Below, one piece after another: positions 7,942-16,581 of a stretch of 32,425 bases of DNA. Made by a program: the position numbers and the translations under genes. Position 1 is the stretch's first letter, and the number at the start of each line of letters is the position of its first letter. The notes beneath the pieces were generated by a model. It made no database searches. It had not been told where the DNA came from and was given only the letters and a program-made list of their open reading frames with translations. Origin of the DNA: Chrysochromulina tobinii (lineage: Eukaryota); assembly GCA_001275005.1 (NCBI GenBank), contig JWZX01003063.1, positions 1 to 32,425 on the forward strand, read 5' to 3'.

Positions 7942-9735
7942 ATGCCTCCGCCCCCGCCCCCGCCGCCACCGCCCCCTCCTCCTCCACCACCTCCGCCGCC
8001 ACCGCCACCGCCGCCTCCTCCGCCACCGCCGCCACCACCGGACGAGCCGGCACCTTCCTCTTCCGCGATTCCCGGACCAGCACCCTTCAACTTCAAAACA
8101 AAGAAGAGCTTCGGGTTCAAACTCGGCGGCGGCAGTGCACGCCCCAAAGCCACCCCCGCCGGCATCTTCTCCCAGGACTCCGGGCGTGAGAGTCCAGAGC
8201 CGGAAGTGGAATCCTCTTCGACTGCGCAGCAGCGGGCACCCGCGTTGCCTCGAGCAGCACTATCGGCAGCGAGCTCATCTGGATCAGTGCCGTACATGCC
8301 GCCACCGAGCGGCCTTGCTGCGGCTCAGGCAGTTGCCCAACGGCTCTCACAGAATTTCGCAGAGCGGCCGACCGCTGGTGCTGTGCAGCCGTCAGAACCG
8401 GTGCCATTGGCGGAGCCCGAGCCGGCTGAGGGCGACGGAGAGAGCCTCTGCGATGCTGCGGTCCCGATGGAGGTGTCACGAAACGGCTACACGTTTTGCA
8501 AGAAGTACAATCGTGCCCATCACGTGCGCATCCCTGACACGCAAGGCCTCCAGTCGATTGATCGGTACGAGAATCTCGGACTGGTGGGCCGAGGCGCCTT
8601 CAACAAGATCTACAAGGCACGCCACCGCGAGACGGGCGAGGTGGTGGCCCTCAAGGCGATGCAGCTCGCGGCGCTCGAGCAATCGGGGCACGTGCAGGGT
8701 GACGAAGGCGTGGCGCTCGAGATGATGCGGGAGATGTCCATCTTGCTCTCCATACGCCATCCCAACATTGTCACAGTGCACGAGGTCGTCATGGATCCCA
8801 CCCAAATGTTCCTCGTCATGGAGCTCGTCGATTTCGATCTTGGCTTGCTCCTCGAGCACATGAAGCAACCTTTTAGTGAGGCGCAGGTCAAATGCCTCGC
8901 CATGCAGCTGCTTTCGGCGCTCTCTGCCGTCCACGAGTGCTTCGTCTTACACAGGTGCGCGCCGCCCGATTCTTTCGCCCGACCGTCATGCACGCTGCTC
9001 ACACGTGCTTGGTGCGCTGCTGGTCCCAGGGATCTGAAGCCAACTAACCTGCTACTGGACAAGAATGGTGTCCTCAAGCTCTGCGACTTCGGCCTGGCGC
9101 GGCGGTGCTCTGGCTTCGGCAAAGCCTGCACGCCGAACGTCACCTCCCTGTGGTATCGAGCGCCCGAGATCCTGCTCGGCGAGACGGTCTACGGCTCGGC
9201 CGTCGACATGTGGTCATTTGGCTGCATCTTTGCCGAGTGGCTCCAGCTAGGCGAGCCTCTCGTCCAAGGTACCGGTGAGATCGACCAGATCAACTCTATC
9301 TTCAAATTGGTAGGCACGCCGTCGGAGTACTCGTGGCCCAAGTTCCCGAGCTTACGCGCAGTGCAGGCAGCGCTCCTCCCTTTCGTCGACTGCCACACGA
9401 TCTCGCTCGGCCCAGATGGCTCGCTGGTCAAGCTTCCGAAGAGCTCGCTGCGTAAAAAGTTTCCCGCCGAGGGGTTCACACCAGATGCAGCTAGCCCCGC
9501 ACAGCAGCAGCAGCAGCCGCAGCCGCAGCCGCAGCAGCCGCAGCCGCAGCAGCAGCCGCGCAGGACAGCGCTCTCGGACTGCGGTTTCGAGCTGCTCAGC
9601 TCGGCGTTAACTTGCGATCCTGAGCAGCGCGTCACCGCTGGAGCGGCGTTGGAGCATGCGTGGTTCAAGGAGGAGCCGTTGCCAGTGCCCTTGTCGCGCT
9701 CCGAGATCCGGGCAAATGCGCCGCAATCGCGATGA
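7942..9735 (+). CDS. Cyclin-dependent kinase, CDK10/CDK11(CDKG)-like, divergent; one intron (8955-9029); C-terminus may extend to 9868
   Basis: GRGAFNKIY, VALK, HR|DLKPTN after splicing, LKLCDFGLAR, TPNVTSLWYRAPEILLG, DMWSFGCIFAE; the KQPFSEAQVKCLAMQLL segment is CDK10/11-like; N-terminal poly-Pro. Confidence 0.85.
   Translation: MPPPPPPPPPPPPPPPPPPPPPPPPPPPPPPPPDEPAPSSSAIPGPAPFNFKTKKSFGFKLGGGSARPKATPAGIFSQDSGRESPEPEVESSSTAQQRAPALPRAALSAASSSGSVPYMPPPSGLAAAQAVAQRLSQNFAERPTAGAVQPSEPVPLAEPEPAEGDGESLCDAAVPMEVSRNGYTFCKKYNRAHHVRIPDTQGLQSIDRYENLGLVGRGAFNKIYKARHRETGEVVALKAMQLAALEQSGHVQGDEGVALEMMREMSILLSIRHPNIVTVHEVVMDPTQMFLVMELVDFDLGLLLEHMKQPFSEAQVKCLAMQLLSALSAVHECFVLHRCAPPDSFARPSCTLLTRAWCAAGPRDLKPTNLLLDKNGVLKLCDFGLARRCSGFGKACTPNVTSLWYRAPEILLGETVYGSAVDMWSFGCIFAEWLQLGEPLVQGTGEIDQINSIFKLVGTPSEYSWPKFPSLRAVQAALLPFVDCHTISLGPDGSLVKLPKSSLRKKFPAEGFTPDAASPAQQQQQPQPQPQQPQPQQQPRRTALSDCGFELLSSALTCDPEQRVTAGAALEHAWFKEEPLPVPLSRSEIRANAPQSR
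7945..8040 (+). repeat. Coding CCN repeat: 32 consecutive prolines
   Basis: 96 nt of mixed CCT/CCG/CCC/CCA codons immediately after the ATG at 7942. Confidence 0.9.
8955..9029 (+). other. Spliceosomal intron, 75 nt, in-frame and stop-free, inside the HRD catalytic loop
   Basis: CAC AG|GTGCGC...GGTCCCAG|G GAT CTG AAG; splicing gives HRDLK. Confidence 0.9.
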
Positions 9736-10521
9736 TGCCATCAGCTCAGGTGCCCACCATCATGCGCTCGCGCAGCAGCGCGCGCAGGTGGCGAGCAAGG
9801 TCGCTGCGGGGCACGCGGCAGCAATCGCCGCGACCATCAAGGAAAGGATGGGGCTGCTGCACAGTTGACTCAGCGTTGGAGGCTGGCGCAGCTCAGAGTG
9901 AAGTGCAAGGGAAAGCTGCACCGACGCACCGTGCACGGGGCTACGCGAACTACGAGCGCGGGCCTGAGGGGCTACGAGCGCGGGCCGGCGCGGCGGGAGC
10001 GTGCCGGGTGCCGCGCGCCAGCCCGCAGCCGGGGCTCGTGAATTTATTTTCGGCCTTTCGGGTCCGCCGCGCGGCCGTATCATTATTTTAGAGGCTGTGT
10101 TCCCGAAGACCGCTATGTAAGCTGGCAAGGGACACACACATTAAGGGAACGGGATGCTGAAGCACTTGCACGCCCCATACATCAATTACACTTAACATCC
10201 ACCTTGAGGTAGGAATGGTGCTGCGGCGCTCCCGCACGCCGCAGCTCGATGTGGGGCCTCCCGACTAGAAGGGTGTGTGGCCGTTCGACGTGAGGCCGCA
10301 CATCGAACGTCGCACGCAGCCGGCAGCCGCCAACCCCAATCGCCGAGGAAAGAGCACTCAGCTGCGTCGTGCCGTTGTACTGCGAGTAATGCGTGCTACG
10401 TGACGACGGTTGAGCTCCGCGTGGGCGTCTGGGCCCACGGCACGCAGCAGAGGACTCCTCCCTGTGGTCTCAGGTGTAGCCAACATCGTGACTACGCCAC
10501 GTGCGCAGGCAGCTGGATCGA

Positions 10522-11424
10522 TCACTTACGATAGAGCGTGATCTCCTGCTGCTTGAAGTACCTCCTGTCCTCCTCGTCGATGAGCACCAGGTTCAAGAAG
10601 TACTTGACCGAGAACTTGTTGTTGACATTTCGGAAGGTGGGCGTGAGCGTGTCGAAGCCGCCCAGGAAGAGCCGGATAGGGATAGACTCGCCTCGCACGG
10701 GTGCACCGTCCATGATCTCGAATTTAGCGACAGTCTCGCTTTCGTTGTATGTGTTCGCGCCAGTGCCCGTGGACTCGCGCTTGATGATAGCAATCTCCAT
10801 GTGCTTGATCTTTATCCTCACCAAGAGGAAGAAGATCTTGCCCAGCACTGCATCCTTGAGATGGTATTTGGACCTATTGTACTCAAACTCGATGTGCAGG
10901 CAGTCCTCGATGCCGACCTCCATCTTGATCGAGTTGTTCGTCTCGGGTTCCTCGGGAAGGGAGACGAACACACGGATGGTCTCCTCATGTGTGATTTTCC
11001 CGCTATACTGCCGATTGACCGTGACACGCACAAAGTATCGGAGCCGCACGTTGATGCCATCGTAGGACTCGTAATTTTTCTCCGCTTGGTTGAACTCGAA
11101 TGGGTAGGCTTTCGAGCCTGACAACTCGCCAGGCGGCTCGAGCTCGCGCACGAGCGACGTGAACTCGTACGTGTTGCTCCGATCCTGCAGCATCTCGATC
11201 ATGCCGATCAGCTCGACCTTGACACCCGTGTGCTCGAGCTTCCGGCTGCCTTGCACCTCCACTTCCACCATGCCGGTGATGTTATCCGTGGCGCTGAAGA
11301 GGTACTGCTCCTCGTCTCTGCCATCTGACTGCCGCACGCTGACTGTCTGCCGTGTGTCTGCGTCACTGAACTTTACAACCAAGCGCGCCGCGCTGCCAAG
11401 CACGCTGGAGAGCATACTGGCCAT
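10522..11424 (-). CDS. VPS26: Vacuolar protein sorting 26 (retromer subunit)
   Basis: KLEHTGVKVELIG, YESYDGINVRLRYFVRVT, NNSIKMEVGIEDCLHIEFEY, EIMDGAPVRGESIPIRLFL, DEEDRRYFKQQEITLYR; start placed at MASML (11424), about 300 aa. Confidence 0.97.
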   Translation of the reverse strand: MASMLSSVLGSAARLVVKFSDADTRQTVSVRQSDGRDEEQYLFSATDNITGMVEVEVQGSRKLEHTGVKVELIGMIEMLQDRSNTYEFTSLVRELEPPGELSGSKAYPFEFNQAEKNYESYDGINVRLRYFVRVTVNRQYSGKITHEETIRVFVSLPEEPETNNSIKMEVGIEDCLHIEFEYNRSKYHLKDAVLGKIFFLLVRIKIKHMEIAIIKRESTGTGANTYNESETVAKFEIMDGAPVRGESIPIRLFLGGFDTLTPTFRNVNNKFSVKYFLNLVLIDEEDRRYFKQQEITLYRK

Positions 11425-11665
11425 CTGCACGCGTGCCCCAGGCAGTGCCCCTTCGCGCCGCCGCCTGCGCGACAGGCGCAATCGATGCGCAAAGTGCCTT
11501 CGGAAAGCCCGTGAGAACAGCACGTTCATTCACAACACACCAACACGCACAGACCACGTTCACACCCATTCGCTGAAGAAGTGTGAACGTCACTCATCAA
11601 GGGGCCAGGCTCCTACTTGGCTCTTTTTAATGTATAAGCCGAACGCTAAACAATTTCGATGTGGT

Positions 11666-11737
11666 CTTCACAGCCAATGTTTAGAATTCGACACCCAAGA
11701 CACCGGACCTTCACAGCCAATGTTTAGAATTCGACAC
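11666..11737 (+). promoter_or_regulatory. Perfect 29-nt direct repeat (2 copies), each with a CCAAT box, in the divergent intergenic region
   Basis: CTTCACAGCCAATGTTTAGAATTCGACAC at 11666-11694 and 11709-11737 with a 14-nt spacer. The repeat is certain; the regulatory role is inferred. Confidence 0.6.
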
Positions 11738-11805
11738 TTCACACATGGCCAACTCGACGAGCTAACAAACTTGCACACGCACCGCCCTCTTGTACAGCAT
11801 CGCGG

Positions 11806-13338
11806 ATGAAAGCCACGCGTGGCCACGGCCACATAAACCCGCACCTTCCAACGACGGCCTTTTCGGGCTACTGGGATGACGCCACGAGCCGTCCGAATCT
11901 CAAGCCGCCAATGTCACCGGATACGGTCCTGACCAACTTTGCAAGGCAACCGCCCGAGGAGCAGCTGAAGCCCGCGGAGCGGAGGACGCCTGAACCAAAC
12001 CTCCCGGCCGTCATCGCATCTCTAGCCATAAAGTATGACTTGTCGGACCACGAGATCTGCAAGCTTGCAGCAGAACTCGGCGGTGTTCGCACGCATGTGG
12101 ATGAGGCGTACAAGCTCCTCGAGATTAATCCTCCAGCGCCCCAAACGGTTCAGTCACCCGCCGCTCCGAAGACGCCCGAATCCCGCGGGCCTGCTCCTGG
12201 GGCCGGGTCGTCGCCAGCGTCTTCGCCCCAGCCTGATCAGAAGTTCGCAGACGATGACGACCCGTTCGAGGTCGTCATGGAGAAGCGCCATGTGGTGGTC
12301 AAGGCGATGCGTTGGCTGGCCGAGGCGCTCACGGAGCTGAGCTTCGTGCTTCCCAAGCCCACCCGACTTCCTGAAGCGTTGGGCGCTGTCGACGAGGCCC
12401 TTGCACTCGTGCGTGCGACAGGCGATCGCGCGACGGAGCAGCAGATGGTGATTCACCACAGCGACCTCAACAACGCGCTCGCCGAGCACAAGCGCTCGAT
12501 GGAGCAGCAGATGCTCATACGACCAACGCGGCAGAAGCTCCACATCGCCGAGGTCGCCAAGGTCGAGGCGGCCATCAAGGCGGCCCGTGGTGTGCTCGCT
12601 GATGCGATCAAGGCGCTCGGGACGGCGGAGGAGGTCCAAGCGCTCCGACGCATGGGTATTGGGCGACGTGAGCCATCGACCGAGCAGCGCCCGCGCTTGC
12701 GGCGCCGGGTCACATGGAGTGCTAAGGTGCAAACTGACGAACCCGCGACGCCGAACGATACCGCCGCGATCACTCACTCGCCGTGGGGCGAAGCATCCCC
12801 CTCGTCATGCTTACGCTCGCCGACTGTTCTGTCGGATCCATCCGGGCCGCGGCGACAGGGCACCTTCACAGCACCTTTGCCGGGGGCTGCTCTGCCCTTG
12901 CCCGAAGTTGAGCGCCATGGCGAGCCCCCCCGACCGCCCGCCATGCTCAAACGCCAGAGCACCTTGGATCAGTTGGCTGCCATGGCTGGGAGCATCAAGA
13001 ACTTATTCTGGCACGAGAGAGACTTGGCCAAAGAGACACCGGCCTCACCTCGCCCCACCCGCCTCACCTCGCCGCCCCCGCCGCCCCCAACGCAGCTGCG
13101 GCATCCGACCAGCGCCGAGTCTGGGCAGTTCCGCCAGAAGCGCGAGGCGCAGGAGCCGACCATGCAGCAACTGCTCCGCCATAAGCGCGAGGCGCAGGAG
13201 CGAGCACTCGCCAACCACATGCCCACGGGCCCACGGACTACGCGCGAAGGCGCGAAAACCCCTGTAGGCATCACCACGCCATGGACTACGCGCGAAGAAG
13301 TTCCACGCGCGAAGAAAGCCCTCGCTTGGGATGCGTGA
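11806..13338 (+). CDS. Hypothetical protein (510 aa); possible UBA/CUE-like helix bundle, helical middle region, RVxW motif, disordered tail
   Basis: Long ATG-initiated ORF with GC3-rich coding-like codons, divergent from VPS26; KYDLSDHEICKLAAELGG..VDEAYKLL; RRRVTW; internal KREAQE duplication. Confidence 0.65.
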   Translation: MKATRGHGHINPHLPTTAFSGYWDDATSRPNLKPPMSPDTVLTNFARQPPEEQLKPAERRTPEPNLPAVIASLAIKYDLSDHEICKLAAELGGVRTHVDEAYKLLEINPPAPQTVQSPAAPKTPESRGPAPGAGSSPASSPQPDQKFADDDDPFEVVMEKRHVVVKAMRWLAEALTELSFVLPKPTRLPEALGAVDEALALVRATGDRATEQQMVIHHSDLNNALAEHKRSMEQQMLIRPTRQKLHIAEVAKVEAAIKAARGVLADAIKALGTAEEVQALRRMGIGRREPSTEQRPRLRRRVTWSAKVQTDEPATPNDTAAITHSPWGEASPSSCLRSPTVLSDPSGPRRQGTFTAPLPGAALPLPEVERHGEPPRPPAMLKRQSTLDQLAAMAGSIKNLFWHERDLAKETPASPRPTRLTSPPPPPPTQLRHPTSAESGQFRQKREAQEPTMQQLLRHKREAQERALANHMPTGPRTTREGAKTPVGITTPWTTREEVPRAKKALAWDA

Positions 13339-13728
13339 AGCGCCGAAGTATTCCGGTTTTTCGACATCTTTTGCGATGCGCAGGGACCAAAACGCCCCAG
13401 ACCGGGCGACCGGGGCCTCGCCGCCCAGAACGTGTGTGCAGTGTGCGGGTCGGATTCGGTTTCGGACGCTCTTTATTAGCGTTCCACGCGCGGCCAGCAG
13501 TCCAAAAAGAATGCTGCAATTGGAGTGCTGAGTCTGAGAGTTTTGGCGCGGGTAGAGGAGAACTGGGGAGAATGTTAAGGAGAAATATCAAAGAGGAAGT
13601 ACATGTCAATTTCTTGGTATAATGTGATTTCTTTGACATGTTTTAAATCAAGTTTTGTGCTCGCTTTTGGAAAAACTCTGTCACGATATCTTCAGCGCGT
13701 CAGCGCGTCAGAGCAGGTCGGGCTACAC

Positions 13729-16080
13729 ATGAACGCCCTTCGCCGCAGCGTTCGTGATCGAGAGTTCCAGATCGTCAAAGACCCGGCAGATTGGACAGTT
13801 GGCACCCATCTTGAGGCGTATGACGTGCGCCAACTTTGGTGCGAAGCCGTCGTGCTCGCCGAAAGTGGCGAGGGTGACTCTCGGAAGCTCTATGTGCACT
13901 ACGTTGGGTGGTCCGCGCGCTGGGATGAGTGGCTATTCGTGCACGGTGGTCAGTTGCGGCCACTTTCCGGCCCAATACGTTGTCTACCGCCCGTTGCCCG
14001 ACGACGTGCACGGCCACCACCTTCCTGCCCAAGCGTGAGACTCATTCATCGGGATCCGCAGAGCCTCGAATCTGATTCACCTCGTCAAGTGCACCTAAGC
14101 ATCGGTGTCATCTCTGGGCGTGTTCGCACCCCGACGTCATCGGGAAATTATTGCTTTTGCGATAAGGCTGACACGCGCGATCCGCAGGCCGAGCACGGTC
14201 GACCACCGATACAAGCAGAGCTCACCTCATGCCCGACACAGCCTGACGGCTACGATTGCTGTGGGACCTGGGGATGCATCCTTGAGGATCGGCACACCGG
14301 TCTTCACATCATTCCGGCATGCACGGCAAGACGCCGCCGAAGCGCTTCCGACGCCGGCCTCCCAATGCACGCCCCACGCTCGCGCCGGCCGCGAACTGAG
14401 TCGGCTGCAAACGCCTCAAGCGCTCAATCGGCCGCGTTGCTTGCGCCCGATGCAAGCGCGAGCATAACGGGGGGCGCGCTGTTTGTGCCAGCCCTCCGCC
14501 CGTCTCACATTGGACCCGAGGTGAGCGAGTCATTCTCTAGGGTGCTCACGCATCGGCCAGTGCATGCGCTCTCGATGCCCGCAGCCGGCACTACGACTGC
14601 AGTTGAGGTCGGGATAGCGGCAGTCCCGTCATCGACTGTGATCCCAACTCCAGTGCACCCTACGGGCTTATCTGGCACGATGTCCGGCCCGACCAGAGCG
14701 CCCTGGCTGCACGGCAGTGCCGGTGGACAAGCCTCGCCGTACGACGCATGTTCTGTGCTTGCGGCGCCCGTTGAAGGCGACCTGCCGTACGACAGCGTCA
14801 TGAGCGCGCTTGGCTTGCGGATGCGCGCGCCCCCGGCGGCAGCGGCCCACATGGGTCGGCTGTGCGCCAAGATGCGACTCTCGCACCCTTTGCGCGAGCC
14901 GCTGCTGACTGACGAGGGCGGCGTCGACGCTCCGTCGGGCTGCACAAGCGAAGAGGACGCTGGTGGCGAGGACCTCGAAGACGGCGACGGTGACCATTCC
15001 GAGCAATCGACGAGCGTCGACGGACGCGCAGCTCACGACGAGGACGAGGCGTCGCCTAGGCTCGGAGGGCCGCCCGCACTGCCGCCTCTCATCCTGCAGC
15101 CATCCAGCCGGGGCTCGAGTCCGCTCTTCTCGCGCTGTGATTCGCACTGCTCGAACTGTTCGCATCGCTCCTCTCGCTCGAGCCCCTCGCTCTCGTCCGT
15201 GCTCCACTCGCGCCAGCTGGTGCGGCCGCCGACGCTCAAGAGTCCAACAGTGCTGATCACGGCCTGCTCGTACGCCAACGTGGCGGGCCTAGTGCGCCCA
15301 CTGGTCGAGGTGCCTGCTGAGGCGCGCGCGATCCAGGACGCCTTCCCCTCCCACGCGACCACGCGCCTCGACGATCCGAGCGTAGATGCGCTCGCGGCGG
15401 CGCTGCCCGGACATAACACGTGGTTTTTCCTCGGCCACGGCGACGCGATGGTGCGCGGAGAGAGGATGCCACTCTTCGTGGGCGACAATGGGCGCTGCGC
15501 CAACGGGCTACAGGCCATCTCACACGAGGCGCTTGTCTCGACGCTAGCCGCGGCGCTCCCCTCGCGCTCCAATGCGCACCTGAGGCTCGTCGTGCTCAAC
15601 GGATGCAAGACATTGCCGCTCGCGGACGCCATCCTGCGCCGGTGCACCTCCGTGCAGCACGTTGTCTGCTGGCAGTCGTCGAGTCACTCGGGCGCGGCGG
15701 CCGTCTTTGGTAGCGCCCTCGCGCGCGGCCTAGCTGAGAGCGGGGCGCGGCCCCGCGGCGTGCGCCGGGCCTTCGAAGGGGCCAAGGCGGCCGTCCTGCG
15801 CCAGCTCGAACCCGGGCGGCTCAAGGGAGGCGCGCCCGTCGGCCTACCCAAGTACGTGCTCGAGGACCCCGAGGATCTCGTCAAGGTGCACGCACGCTGC
15901 CCGTGCTCGCCCCGCTGCGGCCACGGCTTCGTGTGCCCGCTGGTTGGCCGCCTCATCACGCCTGGCAGGGCCACGCACCGACAGCTGCCCCCGATGGCCG
16001 CTGGTCTGCCCTGCTTCCTCTCACGAGAGGTAGATTCCGAAGGCATGGCTGCAGCTGAGCGAGGGAACGGTTCGAGGTAG
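13729..16080 (+). CDS. Tudor-knot/chromo-barrel plus CHAT (caspase-like) domain protein
   Basis: N-terminal WTVGTHLEAYDVRQLWCEAVV...KLYVHYVGWSARWDEWL; C-terminal EARAI...WFFLGHGD (His 15436)...LRLVVLNGCKT (Cys 15604)...VVCW..AAAVF. Start placed at MNALRR (13729) because the upstream extension is AT-rich. Confidence 0.75.
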   Translation: MNALRRSVRDREFQIVKDPADWTVGTHLEAYDVRQLWCEAVVLAESGEGDSRKLYVHYVGWSARWDEWLFVHGGQLRPLSGPIRCLPPVARRRARPPPSCPSVRLIHRDPQSLESDSPRQVHLSIGVISGRVRTPTSSGNYCFCDKADTRDPQAEHGRPPIQAELTSCPTQPDGYDCCGTWGCILEDRHTGLHIIPACTARRRRSASDAGLPMHAPRSRRPRTESAANASSAQSAALLAPDASASITGGALFVPALRPSHIGPEVSESFSRVLTHRPVHALSMPAAGTTTAVEVGIAAVPSSTVIPTPVHPTGLSGTMSGPTRAPWLHGSAGGQASPYDACSVLAAPVEGDLPYDSVMSALGLRMRAPPAAAAHMGRLCAKMRLSHPLREPLLTDEGGVDAPSGCTSEEDAGGEDLEDGDGDHSEQSTSVDGRAAHDEDEASPRLGGPPALPPLILQPSSRGSSPLFSRCDSHCSNCSHRSSRSSPSLSSVLHSRQLVRPPTLKSPTVLITACSYANVAGLVRPLVEVPAEARAIQDAFPSHATTRLDDPSVDALAAALPGHNTWFFLGHGDAMVRGERMPLFVGDNGRCANGLQAISHEALVSTLAAALPSRSNAHLRLVVLNGCKTLPLADAILRRCTSVQHVVCWQSSSHSGAAAVFGSALARGLAESGARPRGVRRAFEGAKAAVLRQLEPGRLKGGAPVGLPKYVLEDPEDLVKVHARCPCSPRCGHGFVCPLVGRLITPGRATHRQLPPMAAGLPCFLSREVDSEGMAAAERGNGSR

Positions 16081-16581
16081 GTTCGAGGAACGGTGACGAC
16101 CCTGACGCGTGGTAACGCCTGCGCTCGGCGGTCGGCGCGCGTACACGCGCCGACCGCCGAGCGACCGTCCTGCCACACCGACCACCGTGCATGATCTGGT
16201 GCATACCGGATCCTTGCCGGTCGCGCGGCGCAAAGGCAACCCGGGCTCGGACGCGCGCGGCCCCGCCGCGGTGCGCGGAGTCCGTCGGACAGCGGACTCC
16301 GGAGACTTCAGGTGAGAGTAGAGAGAGAGACTTGTGAAGAAACAATTGCTCAACATGTAGTACGCACCGCACAATGATCTAAAGAGATAGCAAAACACCA
16401 AAACAGGCATCACCGTGCGAGACTCCTCCTCCTCACCCCACGCGCTCATCGCGCGATCCCCGATGAAAACGTTCGCGTGGTTCAAGCCACAAGCGTCGGC
16501 TCCGCTGCTGGCAAGACGCCGACCTGCCGCCTCGGCCATCGGCCATCGTAAGGTACAACGTGGACTCGGCGGATGCGCAGG

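Noticed and set aside
7854..8297. Poly-Gly ORF on the minus strand
   Set aside because: Antisense shadow of the CDK poly-Pro tract.
11425..11529. N-terminal extension of VPS26 in the ORF track
   Set aside because: Arg-rich and non-homologous; family similarity and typical length begin at MASML.
11666..11737. CRISPR array interpretation of the 29-nt repeat
   Set aside because: Only two copies, a 14-nt spacer, no cas genes, and a eukaryotic context.
13603..13728. Upstream ATG extension of the Tudor-CHAT ORF
   Set aside because: AT-rich and promoter-like, unlike coding composition; cannot be fully excluded without transcripts.
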